From the human T2T-CHM13v2.0 reference genome, Homo sapiens: DNA of 64,000 nt. Location of the stretch: NCBI RefSeq assembly GCF_009914755.1, contig NC_060931.1; one strand, 5' to 3'. The position numbers and the translations under genes are program-made. The notes below the pieces were generated by a model, which saw only the letters and a program-made list of their open reading frames with translations, did not search any database and was not told where the DNA came from. This document shows positions 58,603 through 64,000 of this stretch, piece by piece. Within the stretch, counting starts at the first letter, position 1. Each line of letters begins with the position of its first letter.

Positions 58603-61600
58603 ACCAGCTTCATTTTGAATTCCAGTCTTTTCATGCTTTGTTCCTCTTCAGAGATGTGGTGTGACTCCGGGAAAGTCAGCCTGGCCTGAGAGTGCATTTT
58701 TGCATTTTCTGCCTGGGCAGGGGATGTGTGCCTCCTTCTGTGTTTTCAGCTAGAGGAAGGTGCAGGGTGATTCACTACATTCTTGGAACTGCAGAACTAC
58801 TGCAGAAAGCCCTGCTGTCACATTGATGGTGAAAAGGAACCGTAGACTTTGTAGACCACTGAAATGTGTGCAATTAGCGTCCCAGCTTTCCTTCCAGGGC
58901 CAGTATACTGAGCAGTTATGCCCTCCCTGCTTTGGAAGGACAAGCGCTTGTTATCTCTTGCAAATAAGGGGGAAACCTTCCACTTCCACGTTCTTCTGCT
59001 TCCTTCTCCATCCTTTCAGATTCTCCCATGGATTTTCCTTTTGAACTCAAGGTTTTGTTTCTATTTTTTAACACAAGTGGGAAAAATCACTTCCCTCAAG
59101 TGAATAGCCTCCACAATCCTTAGAAATACTGATAAATGCCCTGCATGGTTTTAAAACAACTCAGGACACTGCTTCTGTAGAAGGCTTCTTGGTTTCAGGA
59201 AGGTGGGATGGGTGTGCTGGAGGTGGTTTGGGAGTGAGGAGAAGAGTGGGAGAGTCAGGTGAGGAGTTGGAGGAGGACTTATGAAAAGTAGAGAGGTGGG
59301 GTCATTGCATGAGGTGTGGGATTTGCGGGAGGGAGAGGAGTAAAGAGAATGGTTGGGGAGCCCTGCTTGCTCTTAATTGTAGAATGCAATCTCTTCACCT
59401 CCTTACGGCACATTCAGACAAGACATTTGTTCCAAAGCTTTCTGTGGGAGAAACTGTTTTTTTTTTAATACAGCCATGCACTGAGACATACCTTAAATGA
59501 AATAGCCCAGCTAAATTCAGGTGCTGGGAGTAGTCATTATTCATTTAATACATTGGACACTGGTGGAACACTTCGCTTTCATTTGCTCACTTAAACTTTG
59601 CAACAGTCTTGCATTTCTCTCCATTTCAGAGAGGAAGAAAGCAAGGCTTAGCGGGGGCTTGGTAATGTGTAAAATCCCTGGCTGTGCAGTGGCGAAGCTG
59701 GTGGTGGGTAAAAGCCCGGGTCTGTCTGGCTCCAGAGTCCAGGCTGTTGCTCATCTTCCCGAAACCCTCTTCCTCCTTTGTTATGGAGCATGCTGTGTCT
59801 TTGGACAGCAGCTGTCCTTACTGCTATGCCACCAACTCTGTGCTCTGGCTTTGGGAGTCTCCCTAGCACCTCCCAAGCACCGAGCTTTCACATAGTGGGT
59901 GCTTGGTAATGTTTGTAGAGCAAGTGAGTTCCCTGAGTAGCACACATCACATGAAGCCACATGATGCACCTGTGCTAAGCACAGGCTTTTAAATTCAGGA
60001 GGCTGCATAAGAGCATGCTGCTGGGTTCACAGTTACTCTCTCAAGTGAACAATTCATGGATTAATTATTTCTCAGGAGACTTTCACTGCCTCGGAGAAGT
60101 GCCCATTCCCTCAAAACTTGGCAAGATGAGCATAAGCAAAGAATATCAGCAAATCTGAGACGTGGTCAAGTGCGGAAACAGATGCATAATTTTTATTCAG
60201 GGGCAGCAGTAAAAGGACATCAGGTTCTTAGATTTAATATATACCCCGAGGTATGCTTCGGATATCTTTCTGATGGATTTACAAGAAGTCCACCTCACCC
60301 CATCAATAAAGTCAGGACAAAGAGAACACAGAGTGGGAAGGATGGGTGCGGTCCATCACGACACAGCTTCTCTCATGCTCCTGAAATCAGAGGGCAGAGT
60401 TGGGGAGAGATGAATTGTAGAAACTCAGCACTGGAAGGAGTTTTGAAAAGTCATCTAATCTGTCCCCCTAAATCATCTGAGGCAGGTTCATTTTTATTTT
60501 GAAAGGCCCCCAGGGAAAGACACTGGGCAACCTCTTTTTTTGGTAGAGGCATTGCAGGGTTAACAACTCTCACACGTCAGAAGGTGAATCCCCCTAATTC
60601 ATCACCTGCCACAGCAAACACAAGCTGATGGAGTCTATCTATTTACTGAGGATTTATGTCTTCCATCCACTTTAAAGTGTATCCAATGAGGATACACTAC
60701 CTGCTTCCAAAATGGCTGTGAGGCAATCTGCTGTTGGAGTGGGCTCAGAATTTAGAGAAAAGAGAATGCAAAAAAGAAAAAAAATTAACAAAAACAAAAA
60801 ACTGAGTGGTGTGAAATATGCTGCCCTAAAGAAAGATAAAGGATGGCCTCAGGTTGTGAAACTCTGGGCTGCACTGGTTATACTGGAATGAGGTAAGTAG
60901 CAGAGAGTAGAGAGACTGAGAGGTTGTGGCTGGCGCACCATAAATGAACCGCTGTGAGGTTGCTTTGCAACAGTCTAGACATAGAGAAAAAAACTGGTGA
61001 TAGGTAAATTCTGACACAATAGAACATTTGAAGAAGGACTGGTAGTGCCTTATTTTGTAATCTGTGCCACAGAGAGTCATTAAGGAATATGTGAATCTAT
61101 GTGGGGAAGCTCTTGTGAAATCTACCATCATTACCAAGCTCGATGAATAAATGATATAGATATGGCAGATGGTAGCAAGAGAAGGGACCTACCCAGGAAA
61201 GGAGAACTTATGGTTCTAGTGGAGGCAGAGGTTAGACAGGAAGTCAGCCATGAGCAAGGATGCTGGGTGAGCCAGGGTGAGGCGTGTGCTGCAAGAAAAA
61301 AAGTGCTCACTCTGAAGGATAGCACAACAGATTTGTCTTTTGAGAAAATAGTCTCATCAGTCTTTGTGACGGTACTACACTGACCTTTAAGGCATCACTA
61401 CATAAGAGTTTTTCATGCTGACAGGCTGAAAGAAAATGCAAATGTTGAAAAGAAACTGAGTTAACTGGGGGAAAGTCGTCTTAAATGGGTTAGAGGCAAT
61501 CTAGACTGAGGAAACACAGTGCAGGTAATTTGGAAGGCTAGAAATATTCCTTCTCTTCATTAAAAGGCAGATTGTTTCAATCATAGTGTTACTATTATTG

Positions 61601-61842
61601 CTATTATTATGAGTACTAACTCAACATAATTAAAGTGGGATGTGAGGTGCTTTACCAAGACCAAATACCAGAATGCATATTCTTATACATACGTGAAGCA
61701 CATCCTGCACAATTTCTTCAGGGCCGGAAAACAAAAACCAGAAGAGAAGGGAAAGGAAAAGGAAACGTGGAAGGCAAGAAGACTGAGGGCTCCTCCTTGT
61801 GCATTCTTGTGTGTCCTGCAGCTTAGTGGGAAGTCTGGGACA

Positions 61843-61987
61843 TGGATGGGTGGATGGATGGATGGACGGATGGATGGATGGACGGATGGATGGGAGGATG
61901 GGTGGATAGATGGATGGATACATGGATGGATGGGTGGGTGGATGGATGGATGGATGGGTGGATAGGTGGGTGAGTAGATAGGTGGAT
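61843..61987. repeat. (TGGA)n simple repeat
   Basis: direct reading; explains the WMDG/PSIH ORFs. Confidence 0.95.
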
Positions 61988-62205
61988 GTTTATAGTAAAA
62001 TGTCTACCTGGAATAGTTATAAAACATGAAGGAGTTGGAAGGAAAATAGAAATAGTGCCATCATTAGCTATGTCTAATTGACACCTTCTGGGACAGTGAC
62101 CAATGCACACCTCTACATGCAGGCCTTGGGTCAGTGTTGGTTTAAGCAGCTAAATCTCTCAGTGGCTTTGCCCAGCTGCCTACTCCATCTCTGTACTTGC
62201 TATGA

Positions 62206-63595
<1,390 letters not shown>

Positions 63596-63605
63596 GTTGT
63601 TTTTC

Positions 63606-64000
63606 TTTTACACTGTTGGTGGGACTGTAAACTAGTTCAACCATTGTGGAAGTCAGTGTGGCGATTCCTCAGGGATCTAGAACTAGAAATACCATTTGAC
63701 CCAGCCATCCCATTACTGGGTATATAACCAAAGGATTATAAATCATGCTGCTATAAAGACACATGCACACGTATGTTTATTGCGGCACTATTCACAATAG
63801 CAGAGACTTGGAACCAACACAAATGTCCAACAATGATAGACTGGATTAAGAAAATGTGGCACGTATACACCATGGAATACTATGCAGCCATAAAAAATAT
63901 TGAGTTCATGTCCTTTTTAGGGACATGGATGAAGCTGGAAACCATCATTCTCAGCAAACTATCGCAAGGACAAAAAAACCAAACACCACATGTTCTCACT
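63606..64000 (+). mobile_element. Young 5'-truncated L1PA (ORF2 C-terminus), running off the window
   Basis: HCWWDCKLVQPLWKSVWRFLRDLELEIPFDPAIPLLGI matches L1 ORF2p; premature stop. Confidence 0.95.

Noticed and set aside
61630-62110. ORFs with PSIH / WMDG repeats
   Set aside because: Translations of the (TGGA)n simple repeat.

Overview
Primate, almost certainly human, genomic DNA. It contains the complete SLC35B4 gene (nucleotide-sugar transporter, UDP-xylose/UDP-GlcNAc) on the minus strand, followed by about 33 kb of repeat-dense upstream intergenic sequence. I reconstructed all 10 coding exons by hand from splice sites and frame: 996 nt, 331 aa, MRPALAVG...KDSKKN. The CpG-island promoter lies at about 30.5-31.4 kb and the ~5.5-kb 3' UTR probably ends near 3450. 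Most of the rest is Alu, MIR, L1, L2, CR1, MaLR/ERV LTRs and hAT/Tigger DNA transposons. I see no new protein-coding system, and nearly all ORFs in the supplied track are repeat or chance ORFs. The most interesting signal is an unusual stack of RNA-processing bottlenecks in this one gene. These are a GC-AG intron 6 with a textbook poly(A) site 18 nt inside it, an intron-8 read-through giving a 231-aa form, a U12-type (minor spliceosome) terminal intron whose retention swaps the C-terminus, and an in-frame uORF. Repeat subfamily names come from recalled consensus sequences, and repeat boundaries are approximate.
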